64,000 nucleotides of DNA from Anthoceros angustus (Eukaryota; Plantae; Anthocerotophyta), in contig MU008191.1 of NCBI GenBank assembly GCA_010909165.1, positions 372,001 to 436,000 on the forward strand, in the 5' to 3' direction. Below the pieces are notes generated by a model. That model ran no database searches, had not been told where the DNA came from, and worked only from the letters and a program-made list of their open reading frames with translations. Every line of letters begins with the position of its first letter. Within the stretch, counting starts at the first letter, position 1. Positions 13,530-26,548 of the stretch are shown piece after piece. The translations under genes were made by a program, and so were the position numbers.

Positions 13530-14962
13530 GCCTGCGACCCGCTGCCGCAACGAGGCAAACACTCCCGCTGCACGCCCGGTCGCAAGAAGCGCTCGATCCA
13601 GCTGGAAAACGCTGGAAACGCCTCACGCGGAGAGAAATTGCACCGCAAGCAACTCCCTCTCCCTCTCCCTCTGCCTCGCCTCGCTGTCAATCCCGCACAC
13701 CGTACCTCTCCGCTCACAATTGCTGACACCGAACCAGCTCACGCTCAACGTCGAGCTCCCTCACCGCACAGGCAGGAACCAGGCAAAGAAAGAGGCGCTC
13801 AATCCCGACAGCGCTCCAAATCCAGCACTTCGCGACAGGCGATCGATCCACACCACAGCAGAGCCGCGCAATCCAGCGCCTCCGCCAGAAATCATCCACC
13901 GCCGACAGCAAAGAACAGGATTGGACGGTGCGGGGCGCGGAGCGTGGAGCGTGGAGCGTGAAGCGTGAAGCTTGGAGCGTGAAAATGTACAAAAGGCGCG
14001 GCAGGAGAAAGGTGACAAGACCCCGCTCCGCCTGCGCGGCACACGCAGAGCAGGCTGCAGAGCAGAGAAGGCGAACTGGGGGCCCGAGGCGGCCCTTTAA
14101 CGAGAGTCCCCGGGCTGGCGTCCGCTTGGAGCGCGTCGGGCCTGATTGTTGCCGTTGTCATAAATGGACGCGCATATATTAAGGAGTCGGCAAATAGGAA
14201 AAGGGAAGGGAAGGCCGCGTCAACGTGCTTTCATTGTACATATGGGATTTTATTTTCGTTGGAAGACAGCTTTCTCCAATCTCTACTGTGCTCTTCACGT
14301 TGTCTCGTGCCGACGCGCAGCAAGCAGAGTCCAGTGTGTCAGCCCAGGCTGCCCGCCGTGCCCGGCCCAGCCGAATCCGGGCTCCAGCCTCCACCCTCCA
14401 CCCTCCAGCCGGAGCGCGGCTATTCCCATTTTTCTTTTATGCGGGCCACATGAATGCCCTTTCATAAATGCCCAAACCAACTTGCCCACGCAGTAGGTAG
14501 CGATAAACGCATGCCCACTCACTGCTCTTCAGTATCGCTCGCATATTTTTTGAACGCTTTATCAATCAACACGAACCGGACCTGTAGGCTACATCTATGT
14601 ACTACACTTGGCATTCATTGCAATACTTCTATCACACTATGCATTTTCTGGGCAATATATGCACCAAGTCCACCAAGCAGCCATATATGTACATTACATA
14701 TGTAGCACATGGATTTAACGTGCTGGTCAGTCAAGGATTAGTTATGTATGTGTATTTCACTTTACAAAGGTTTGGGTTGGCCCTTACAGTTGCAGATTCT
14801 TGATTAGGCATATCAGTATTGTGGTTTTACGGAATTCTCTATGTGTGCTATGTAAATTATATTTAGAATTATTACAAGGGCATATGTCTCCAGTACTTCT
14901 CTCTCTCTCGTATGAGTTGTCATGTAGCTGGACTTGTCTCTCTATGTATCGCTTCAGAACTA

Positions 14963-15205
14963 TTCCAAGTACATATCACCAGTGTGTTACGTACATTACA
15001 CAGAAGTATGAGAGAACACGTCTCTCAGTGCTTACCTCACAACCATTTCAAGTACATATTACCAGTGTGTTATGTACATTACACGTATATTACGAGAGAA
15101 CACGTCTCTCAGTGCTTACCTCACAACCATTTCAAGTACATATTACCAGTGTGTTATGTACATTACACAGAAGTATTACGAGAGAACACGTCTCTCGGTG
15201 CTTGC
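14963..15205. repeat. Tandem repeat, about 3 x 83 bp
   Basis: Unit TTTCAAGTACATATTACCAGTGTGTTATGTACATTACAC..GAGAGAACACGTCTCTCAGTGCTTACC occurs three times. Confidence 0.85.
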
Positions 15206-15424
15206 CTCTCTCTTGGGCGTGAGCTGTCATGAAGGACTCTCTATTATGTCCGTTCACAAATTATTTTACGTACTCATTGCGTGTTAAGAGATTATGACCG
15301 GATACATCTATCGCAACATTTATTGCAACACCAACTAGATGTGACCCGACTATGGACTCATAGACGTGACACCTAGAATCCGACACCACGAGCTCACGAT
15401 TGGACCTTTGATAAAATTATTTTA

Positions 15425-15600
15425 CCACTTGCAAGTCATACAGCTACCAATAGCTACCAACAGCTACCAATAGCCCTTCTCCAAACTGTGACAAGATCAT
15501 GTTGTCACTTGCAAGTCACACCGCTACCAATAGCTACCAAGAGCTACCAAGAGCTACCAAGAGCTACCAATAGCCCACAATAGACAAACCAATAGCCCAC
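15425..15600. repeat. 10-bp AGCTACCAAN arrays in two duplicated blocks
   Basis: CACTTGCAAGTCA followed by (AGCTACCAAN)3 and then by about 5 units. Confidence 0.8.
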
Positions 15601-16562
15601 GATAGACCTTGACTAGTTGAGTCCGTCCGTGCTATCACGGCATGTGACATTAATCCAAGTGTTTGGGTTAGGTCAATAATTATTTTAAATAAATTAAATT
15701 ACTTATTGTTAGTAATTAATGCTAATTTCACATATAACACCCAGAACAAAGTTGACGTGTGTAGGTCAAAATAGATTGAAATGTTGGGCTGTGTGGCAAG
15801 TCAAGTTGGTGCTTGCTCATTTTTGTTGTTTGATTCGTCATGGAGCATGTCCGCTCTGTCGTTTTGTTGATGCCATCTATGGTTTTTTCCTCAAATCCGG
15901 CATGTCAGTTCCCGAATAGGGCTTCGGTATAGCCTTTTTGATATCTTTATAACTCTCTAATTAAAGCGTTAAAAAAATAAAAAGCATATCGGCCTAATAC
16001 CAACGTGCTTGAACCTACAAGTGTCAAACCTTAGCGCTAGTGTAATCTAGACCTATTGGCCCTAAACTACCGTCTTAAGATCCAACTACGCATGTTAGCA
16101 AGAAGCAAAAGGTTGACATCTTTATAGTAACGTGTGTAACTTGTATACTTATGAGCCAGTTTCAAGATACAAGACAATATATCCGAGCTCATCGCCCTGA
16201 CTTTGAATGCTAAGGTGAAATGAGGACAAGTGTGATATATATACTTATCCTCATAATACCTCCACTCCTATCAATGACCTCACTCTAATGGCTAGCATAG
16301 TGAACCTCTATGGAAGATTGTATTTCTAGGCAGAAATATCTCACCAATACTTATTAGACTAGTTAGAATAGACTTGGGGTCTTTGCGCATCATTAATTGT
16401 ATTTATTAAATTATAATTTTATTTTCTATTATTAAAAAATAATGCTAATGCTATGTTCAACTTGCTTTTACATTGATTTTTTTGTGCCTTCTTTGCAGGT
16501 ATTTGTTTGGTAGATTGAAGGCACTACTTGTCTTCTTTCCGAAGCAGTATGTTTCTTAGAGA

Positions 16563-17312
16563 TGTCATGCCGTGTGACACTTATCTTGGGTTTAGTGTCT
16601 GATTAGCATTAATTAATTTAATTATTTATTTAATTAAGTAATTAGTAATAATTAATCTAAAGTGCTTATGTTCATTAAGTATTGATTGATGTTAATTAAA
16701 CATGGTAAGTAATAATAGCTAAGTGGATAAGCACAAGTAATATGCCTCAGCATACTCCTTGCATATTATAGTGTATTCTTAAGATATTTCCAGCATATGC
16801 TGATGCCAATAGAATATCCTAGGAATATGCCGATGCCAAGGGTTAGTATATATAGACCCTTTCAGAAAGGACAAGCTCAGATCATAGCTTATCCTTTAGA
16901 TATGCAATGCAAGAGTATTGTGAGGGGGCCCTCTAGATATACAAATCAAGAGTGTTATGAGGAGGCCCTCTAGATATGCAAATCAAGAGTATTGTGAGGA
17001 GGCCCTCTAGATATACAATGCAAGAGTGTTGTGAGGAGGCCCTCTAGATAGAAAAATTAAGAGTGTTGTGAGGAAGCCCTCTAGATATGCAATGCAAGAG
17101 TGTTGTGAGGAGGCCAAAGCTAGGACTGCGAGAGCAATGTGTGAGGAATTTGCGTATTGTTCTCGTGGGGAGAGTGTGTTTATGCGACAATGTGCGAGCT
17201 ACTCCCTCCTATTATTATTGGTTTGCACCTATATTTGCATATTAGATTTGTTTTGCTTGGTTGTCTGTTGAGGAAGTGCTCATACGAATGCAAGTGCTTA
17301 CCTCGTGCAACA
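16563..17312 (+). mobile_element. Solo LTR, copy 1, with 4-bp TSD GAGA
   Basis: Begins TGTCATG and ends GCAACA, flanked by GAGA on both sides. TATA-like TATATATA near 16846 and an internal ~38-bp unit repeated about 6 times. Homologous to 18075-18717. Confidence 0.85.
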
Positions 17313-18074
17313 GAGACCTCTACTCACAAGATCTATTCCTACTCATCTTGGAATCATTGTTTTATTGCTGCATATCTTCTTTGAGTGTGAAAGCTTTACT
17401 ACCAAGGCTATGGTGAACATAGGGCAATTTCAAGGTCTTACACTACCACTATCAATAGATAACATGAAGCACAATGGTAATTGTCCTTCTAATTATGTGG
17501 ATGAAATGGAAGCTAACTTTGAGTAATTGAAAGTAGTAAGATACGTGTGGCTTCTAAATACAACAAGCCCGAGTGGGTTGAAATTTTAGATTGTGTTTTT
17601 TTTTTTTTGCTGAACTCTAAGAATTAATCGAGTGGATGCAAGGAAGATGTGTGTAGACCCCCAATACTTCGTTGCGAACACATTTTTTCAAAGGTTGGGA
17701 AACAATTAGGTAGGGACGGAGCACGTATGATATATGAATTTTCCGGAGCTCATTTTGATGATGAGTCCATCACATCTTCTAAACCGTTAAGACAAGATAG
17801 TTAAACTAGAAAGTATGCAGTATCTAAGCGGAGTGGGGATGTTGCAAGTGATACCCTCAAGTGATTAACACTATTATGAAAAGCCTCTTTGATGACAACA
17901 AGTGGGACCAATGGTTTTGTTGTGAGGAATTTAAAAAATCTTGTTGTGGTACTTTTTATCTTGCACCCGTAGAAGAGACTTTTCTCTTGGAGGCAAAGGA
18001 TCCGGGAAAATAAGAGAAGCTTGATGATTCTGTCCATAGCAAGGTCACTAGTTTGTAGATGGAGATAAAGAATA

Positions 18075-18717
18075 TGTCATGCCGTGTGATACTAATCTCT
18101 GCACTTGGGTTTAGTGTTTGATTAGCATTAATTAATCTAATTACTTATCTTTAAGTAAGTAATTAGTGTTAATTAATCTAATGTGTTATGTTAATTAAGC
18201 ATTGATTAGTGTTAATTAAACATGGTTAGCAATAGCTAAGTGGATAAGCTCAAGTAATATGCTTGGCATATTCCTTGCATATTATAGTGTATTCTTAGAA
18301 TACAATAGCTAAGTGGATAAGCTCAAGTAATATGCTTTGGCATATTCCTTGTATATTATAGTGTATTCTTAGAATATTTCTGGCATATGCTGATGCCAAT
18401 AGGATATCTTACGAATATGCCGATGCCAGGGTCTAGTATATATAGACCCTTCCATTGAGGACAAGCTCAGATCATAGCTTGTCCTCTAGATATGCAATGC
18501 AAGGGTGTTGTGAGGAGGCCAAAGCTATGACTCAAGAGCGATGTGTGAGGAATTTGCGTGTTGTTCTCGTGGGAGAGTGTGTTTGTGCCACGGCGTAGCT
18601 ACTCCCTCCTGTTGTTTATTGGTTGCACCTATATATCTAGATGCGTATTAGATTTGTTTGCTTGGTTGTTGATCGAGGAAGTGCTTATATGAATTCAAGT
18701 GCTTACCTCGTGCGACA
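18075..18717 (+). mobile_element. Solo LTR, copy 2 of the same family, with 4-bp TSD AATA
   Basis: Begins TGTCATG and ends GCGACA, flanked by AATA on both sides. Has an internal ~74-bp duplication at 18230-18372. Confidence 0.85.
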
Positions 18718-21700
18718 AATATCATGTTAACAGAAGAGCTCAATATCGTGAAAGGTGATAGGCAGTTGGTAAAATATAATATGGAGACGATGATTCTGAA
18801 TTTACATAAGGCAAATTGCGCAAGATGAAAAATATGGCCATGGACTTACAAAAGATAGGTAAGCAGAGGGAAACGATGATTATCAACCTCTAGAAGATAG
18901 ATGAGTAACACTAAAATCATGATAGCCCAGATTATTGGGAACCAGTGGTCCTATTTGGGTCATGTAAGAGATATTTCATAGTAATGTAGTTCACCAGGAT
19001 GTATATCCGTACTCCACTTATATACCCGGGCTAGACTTCTTGACTTTGATTACGCATCTCACTAGAATTGCTCGGATTTATTAATTATGCACTACATGCG
19101 CCTTACGTATATAATGTTGGAATTGACAACATAATAAGGGCTTCAAAGTTTTGGTTAGAAAAAACTAAATATGTCCATATTTAAAATACTTTTTATGTAA
19201 TCGAGGATAGACGATACCTTATTTTAGTAGTGATCCGCCCACCAAGGACCAGGAATAATTGGAGAGGGTCAATGCCCTTTGTAGATAGTCATCCCACAAG
19301 AGGGCCCCTTAACAACACAAGGAAGGACGCTCTAAAACGGATTGTTTGGGGGTTTCTATGGCTCATCAAAAGTAACATATGTATCTGGCATTGGAAAACT
19401 TTCTTGGTGGCATTTTGTAGCCCCGTGTTCCTCTATCATTTTGTGTGCTCCAAGACGACTCTTTAATAAATGAATAAGAGCAATGTACCTAGGAAACCAT
19501 AATTAAACATGGGCACAAAATCAAGTTAAGATTACAAGAACGCGTTTCATTTCAACTATTCAGGATAAGGAGCAAGGCATAAAAAAGACAAGCCTTCGAG
19601 CCCGAATTTTGATTTTAATTGTGATGTGATTCTTCGGATGTATCAAATACGATGGTTTTCATGTGGGAGAGATAGTCCTTATAGCCTATAGTGTAGACGA
19701 GCTCGCCTAGAACGTTAGACCCCCACGGAATGATCCTAATCAAGGCAAATTTTGCGAGCAAGTGGGGTGGGTGGAGTGGAGTGGGTCACACTTTTCCACT
19801 CACTTCCCCACACAGGTCCCCCTAAGAGTTCTTGGAACTCGTTGGTGAACCCCATAACGCAGGGCCCTATTTTTATCATTTTTTGTGATTTATTGTTTTT
19901 GAATATAATTAATTTTAGAAATATTAAAACACCGCACTCTTGCCTCCACAAATAACAGCGATCTACACTCGTATATGGTTTGAAATATGAAACTCACCTC
20001 GGTTGTTCACCACTAATTTCCAAGCTGCTTTCGGCAAAGCTACCAATGTCCACGAGGAGAAGCATCTTCATCTGGTTTACAACTTTCACTACTCATCTCG
20101 TTGAGCAAACATGATGGGGAGAAGCCAAAAGCAAATCACCACGCTGCCAAAAAATGGGCCAAGTGCAATGCTCCTAGGCCGGTCAAAACATTTTTAGAAG
20201 TGAAAAATACGCGTTCCCAAGGTAACTAGAGGTCACAAAAGTGTTTCACCACACACAATCGCATGTGGTAAATTAAGCCTGCCAAATGACTTCTACTTCA
20301 TCATTCTACCTCCTACTCCAGGTTCACATACCGGCCACCAACCCGCCCGCATATTTCATCAAAACCTGAGCTCTACAATCCATCAGAAGCATACAATTTA
20401 TGACCACTCAAAGTGCTTGAAACTGACTAGAAGTAGTAAATTCAAAAAAACACCTCAAAATTGCCCTCTTCGGTTTACCATGGAAGGACGAACCGACTCA
20501 GCTGGAGTCGTTCACCCTTCGATTCTGCTCCTTGATTTTTTTGCAACTCGTTTGAAGCTCGAGGACATTTGAGCAAAGTATGCTAAGGTCCTGCTGGCCC
20601 TAGTCATTTTTACATCAAGAAAAACACTGCTATGGATCGGTTGCTATAAGCCATGGAATAGAAAGACCCTTTTATGATCCCACACAACCATACTAGTTCA
20701 GCATTGAGTTTAGCGAGACCATGGTGAAACAGGGGTGTCTTCGCTCCCCTCATCCCGTCCGTTTTCCACCCTGGCCAATGCTTGCACGCAATGCCTTCGT
20801 CCCTAGGCCAGTGACCATGACCAGGGTCAAGTGGAAGGTGTGTTTCTATAGATGGGATGTAGGCAAAGGGGTAACGTTACCAAAGCTATGTCAATAGCCT
20901 AGGATTCCAAGGGGCGACCAACAATTATGAGGGCTGCCACTTTAGCAAGGGCCATCGCTATATGTAGCGGTCCTAGCTTTGTATCACAGATGAAGTTGCA
21001 ATACAAGGGCCATGCCCTTCATGCCATTGCAGAGCTTATGAGCTCCATTGTCCAGGCGCATATTGCTCACTAACCTGTGTGTGTGCTACAAGCTCCATTG
21101 TCCAGGCGCATGCGTCGGGTTGATACTGCTCACTAACCTATGTGTGTGCTACAGAAGCCTGCTATGTGTGCTAGAGTTTCCCTTGTTCGTTAGGCTCAGC
21201 TGCTAACCCAAGTTGTGTGACCAAATAGCAGCTTTGCAAACGTGCGTGGGTACCGACCCCCTGTGTGAGTTTATGTCTTGGTGGTGACCAGCTAACGCAA
21301 CGTGCTTGCATTGAACATAAGTACAACATACCAATGCTTGTGTGCTGTCGCAACACACTAGTTCTTGAGTGACCCTTCATAAAGGGCCACTCAAGGAGGT
21401 TCTCCTCATGTTCTACAATTTGTTGGAAGTGCACTATGTTCCTTCTTCTCTACTGTCCATTGTAGGAACTGATAGACTTGTAACGCACTATCCTAATTGA
21501 GGCTTGTCGTCACCTCAAGTGTGGTGTGAGGGGTGCTTAATAGAGTAATAACTGCATATCTTAGGAGGCCCGATAGCTGCATATACCGCCGAGAGGACCA
21601 AACATTATCATGGGAGGACTAATATATGTATAAAGCTTCATTGGGTATCATACAAAAGGAAGGAAGATAGGGCTCGTCTTGTGTCCAAAAGTCTTCTAGT

Positions 21701-21989
21701 TGGCACATTTGAACACATATTGGTAGTTGAGGGCAAGGCCGAGCACAAATGGGGATTGAAGGAGAATATATTACAAAAGAAAGACATTGCGCACTAGAGA
21801 GAGAAAGAGAGAGAGAGAGGGAGCTAAGAGCTAAGCTACTTCAGTCGCATTCCTACTTACCAGAGTTAGAGGAAAGCACGCAGCTACCGCCTTCTTCTCC
21901 CCAACAAATCTTGAGAGAAAGACTAGTAGTACACAAGAGAGGAGAGTGGTGTGGTGGAACACCTGGCCGGCTGGGTGGGGGCAATCAAA

Positions 21990-22773
21990 TCAGGCAGCCA
22001 GAGCCTCATCCTCCACAACAGCATCGACAGGAGGCGTGGTGACCACCAAGTTGCGGTCGCCGTATACATTGTCGACGCGACCGGTTGTGGGCCAGAACTT
22101 GGAGGCCCGCACCCAGGAGGCGGGGAAGGCGGCCGCCTCCCGGGAGTAGGGCCGCGACCAGTCGTTGGCGGTCACGACCGCAGCAGTGTGCGGCGCGCCC
22201 TTGAGCACGTTGGTGCGGGCGTCGGCTACGCCGTCCTCGATCGCCCTGATCTCCTTGCGGATGGCGATCATGGCGTTGCAGAATCGGTCCAGCTCCGCCT
22301 TGCTCTCGCTCTCGGTGGGCTCGATCATGAGCGTCCCGGGCACCGGCCACGACATGGTAGGCGCGTGGTACCCGTAGTCGATCAGTCGCTTCGCGACGTC
22401 CTCGGGCTCGATCCCGGCAGTGGCCTTGAACTCCCGGAGATCGATGATGAATTCGTGCGCGCATGTCCCCTTCTCCCCCCGGTACAGCACCGGGTAGTAC
22501 TCCTCCAACCTCGAGGCCATGTAGTTCGCGTTCAGGATGGCGATCTTGGAGGCATCGGTGAGGCCTTTGGAACCCATCAAGGCGATGTAGGCGTAGCTGA
22601 TGGGCAGGATCAAGGCAGACCCGAATGGTGCAGCACTCACAGTCCCGAAAGGGACCAGCTCCGTGTCTGCTGCCGGGCGAGGATACCCGGCAGTGGACAC
22701 CACGGGATGGGACGGCAGGAATGGAGCAAGATGCTTCTTCACCCCGATCGGGCCCATCCCCGGGCCTCCTCCT

Positions 22774-22817
<44 letters not shown>

Positions 22818-25115
22818 GTCCGCCCCGATATAACCCGGGCTGGTGAGACCCACCTGCGCATTCATGTTGGCTCCGTCCATGTACACCTGCCCGCCGTTCT
22901 CGTGGATGATGCTGCAGATCTCGTCCACCCCGTTCTCGTAGACCCCGTGAGTGGAGGGGTACGTGATCATCAATGCCGCCAGGTTCTCCTTGTGCGCTTC
23001 TGCTGCTCGCTTCAGCTCAGCAATGTCCACATTCCCCTTGGCGTCGGTGCCCACAGCCACGATCTTCATCCCGCACATGGCCGCGCTGGCTGGGTTCGTG
23101 CCGTGGGCAGACACGGGGATGATGCACACGTTCCTGTGATGATCCCCCCGGGCTTTGTGGTACGCGCGGATCACCATCAGCCCCGCGTACTCCCCGGCAG
23201 CTCCAGCATTGGGCTGCAGAGACACAGAATCAAACCCAGTAATCTCAGCCAGCCAGTCTCCCAAATCGGTGAACAGCTCCTCGAACCCCTGCGTCTGTTC
23301 CCTGGGCGCGAAGGGATGGATGTTGGCCAGCTCCGGCCATGTCACCGGAATCATCTCCGTCGTAGCATTCAGCTTCATGGTACAGGACCCGAGCGGGATC
23401 ATGCTGTGCACCAGAGACAGATCCTTGGCCTGCAGTCTGTGGATATACCGCAGCAACTCGTGCTCAGAGTGGAAGGAATTGAAGATGGGGTGCGTGAGGT
23501 AAGGGCTGTCCCGCTCCAGATCCTTCGGAATCTTCCCCTCCACTTCCGGAGCCAGGGAAGCAACAGAAAAACCCACCTTCTTCCCCCCAGCAAAAATGCC
23601 CAAAAGCTCATCCACATCCTCCATCGTCGTCGTCTCATCGAAAGCCACCGTCACCGTCTTCTCATCCAACACCCGGATGTTCACCCCTTGCTTCGCAGCA
23701 GCAGCAGCCAGCCCGGCAGCATCCTTCACCGAAACCCTGACAGTATCAAAAAACGGAGCGGAAGCAGCCTCACTCCCCTCCACCCTCGACACCCCAGCAG
23801 CAAAAACGGCAGCCAGCCCGTGCACCCGGTCTGCAATCGTCTTCAACCCCTCCGGCCCATGGTAGACCGCATACATAGCAGCCATGTTCGCCAGCAACGC
23901 CTGCGCAGTACAGATGTTGCTGGTAGCCTTATCCCTCCGGATATGCTGCTCCCTGGTCTGCATGGCCATCCTCAAAGCCGGCTTCCCAGCCGAATCAATG
24001 CTCACCCCAATAATCCTCCCAGGCATCATCCTCTTGTACTCCTGCGAGGTGGCCAAGAACGCAGCATGCGGCCCACCGTAGCCCATAGGCACCCCAAACC
24101 TCTGCGCAGAACCCACCACCATGTCCGCCCCCAACTCCCCGGGCGGCTTGAGCACCGTCAAGGCCAGCAGATCGGTAGCCATCACCACCTTCGCCCCGTG
24201 CGCGTGCGCGTTCTTGATCAGATCCCTGTAATCCACCACCTCCCCATCCGTGGCCGGGTACTGCACCAACACCCCGCACACATCCCTCTCGCTGTAATCA
24301 AACTTCCCCGCCTCCACCACCTTCACCACCATCCCCAGCCCGTCCGCCCGCGTGATGCAAACGTCAATCGTCTGAGGATGGCAATTCGCCGCCACCAGAA
24401 AGGTCTTCTTCTTCCCCCGCGCGATGTTGCTGCACATGGTCATGGCCTCCGCCGCCGCCGTGGCCTCGTCCAGCAGGGACGCGTTGGACATGGGCATGGC
24501 CGTGAGATCCGTCACCAGGGTCTGGAAATTGAGCAGCGACTCCAACCTCCCCTGCGCGATCTCCGCCTGGTAGGGCGTGTACTGCGTGTACCACCCGGGA
24601 TTCTCAAGAATGTTGCGCAGGATGACGGGCGGGGTGTAGGTGTTGTAGTAGCCCATCCCCAGATACGACTTGGCCACCACGTTCTTGCCCGCCAGCTGCT
24701 TCAGATGCGCCAGCAGCTGCGACTCCGTCAGCCCCTGGTCGAACTTCCCCAGCCGCATCTCCCCCCTCCGGATGCTCTGAGGGACAGTGGCATCCACCAG
24801 CGCATCCACGCTTGGGAAGCCCGCGGCCTCGGCCATCCGCACCCGCTCCTCTTCCGTCGGGCTGTTGTGCCGCCTCTGGAACGTGTCGCTCGGCCGCAGC
24901 ACCTCCAGGGCCACGCTCCGCACTCCCCCGAGCTGCATCCTCCGCAGAGCACCGTGTCCATGGCCGGGTTGCGCATGTCCGCCGTGCCCTCGCACCAGGC
25001 CGGAGCTGGCAGACGCCGCTCTGGCGGAAGACATGTCCCGGGTCCCCGGCACCGCAGCGCGCCGCAAGGCCGCCTCCAGGAGGCGGCGAGCGGGGGCCAG
25101 CCTCGCGCGCCCCAT
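21990..25115 (-). CDS. GLDP: Glycine dehydrogenase (decarboxylating), mitochondrial glycine cleavage P-protein; intronless, 1041 aa
   Basis: Arg/Ala/Ser-rich transit peptide, [61 protein letters not shown] motif [31 protein letters not shown]. Confidence 0.98.
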
Positions 25116-26419
25116 GGATTCTGTAGCACCAAAGAGCAGAGCCCCCTGGCCTTCCTTCGCTTGGAGAGCGCTGAGCGCGCTTTCTTTGCCTTTGGAGGAG
25201 AAAGGGAAGGGGAGGCTGCTTATTAGCAGGTTGCTCGCCCAGGCTGGAGCCCTGTCAGATCCCGGCGGGCGGTCCAGCTTGGCTCAGAAGGCGGTGCGGG
25301 ACGTGTGGCTCCAAAACCCTAGGGAACATTCCTGCAGACTTCTCGTGGCCGTTGCTCAGCTGGTCGGCTCTGGCCCAATAGCAACACGATATGCTCCTCT
25401 CATTCCTGCCACTTGGGCCTACTTGCCTGTCGCCTCCTTCCTGCCCTCCCCTCGCCCAACACTTTGCTCTTTTTTACTCCCCATCTTGTATTCTCTCCCC
25501 ACTTCTCATACATAAAGAGCACCACCTGGGATTTATGTGGTCCTCGAACCTCGGATCGCCCACCTGCTCCAGACATGCCTCCATTGTACAACCTCTTTTC
25601 TTCTTTGCTTGTGTGGTCATCCTCCTCCTGGATCATCCTCATCTCCTAAAAGCTCCCCCTCCCCCAACTTGTGCCCTTCTCTTGAGATTCTCTTTTATGC
25701 TCCGATCAAAAGCGCTTCCACCCAAAGTTGTACTACCTTGCGCCTTGCACTCATCTCCGATTTGACAAAGATGTGGTCTATGGGCTCAAACACCTATGCT
25801 TTCGTGAAGTTTTCGAGTAGTATTGACTAGGAATGATATTTTCATGGAGCCATTCCAAGAATGCTTATAGATTCCACCCATTTTATTGAGTTGCTGATTT
25901 TATTCCATGCATTGGAAGAGTGCTACAATGCACATACTAAAATATTCTTCTTCTCACATCTCTAGACCTTGATGTCTCAAATATGAGAAAGAAATGAGAA
26001 GGGAAAGAAGGGAAGGTGACGTTAGAGGAGGGGAAGGGCAGGCTTGCACAATGTGGCAGGCAAGGGAGGTGGACAAGGGCTACCCACTCTTCTATGAGTT
26101 GTAGTTTATATCAAAGGCATGCCACTTCCCCAACTCTTAAGCCCTCCATACTCTTCAGCTCTTGAAGACCAAATCCTATTAACACCTCCCAACTCTCAAG
26201 ACCTGCATACTCTTCAGCTCTTGAAGACCAAATCCTATTGACAACTCTTGCCTCTAAAACTGGTTTTTCTTCTAAGTTCTCTTCGTCACAATATAGCGAG
26301 GGTATGTCCACCTTCCCTAGCAATGGTATGGTCGGCAAGCGCGCTCCATTCGGAACCCACCTATGAAATAATCATGTTGCAATTTCAAGAATCAAAGGAG
26401 GTCTTCCTTGAAGCTATTA

Positions 26420-26548
26420 CTTGTAGCCATACCCATTGAAGCTTTTTCTTGTAGCCATACCCATTGAAGCCTTTTCTTGTAGCCATACCCATTCAAGCTT
26501 TTTCTTGTAGCCATACCCATTGAAGCTTTTTCTTGTAGCCATACCCAT
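26420..26548. repeat. Tandem repeat, 4-5 copies of a ~30 bp unit (TTGTAGCCATACCCATTGAAGCTTTTTC)
   Basis: Directly visible. A separate ~60-bp duplication lies at 26148-26240. Confidence 0.85.

Noticed and set aside
12798-13961. 387-aa ORF on the + strand
   Set aside because: Antisense to the PADRE gene and its GC-rich leader; Arg/Pro-rich with no motifs.
16563-18717. Single TRIM/mini LTR element with paired LTRs
   Set aside because: Each repeat has its own TSD, the outer flanks do not match each other, and there is no PBS after the first repeat.
21951-25226. 1091-aa ORF on the + strand
   Set aside because: Codon-aligned antisense shadow of the high-GC3 GLDP gene; no recognisable domain.
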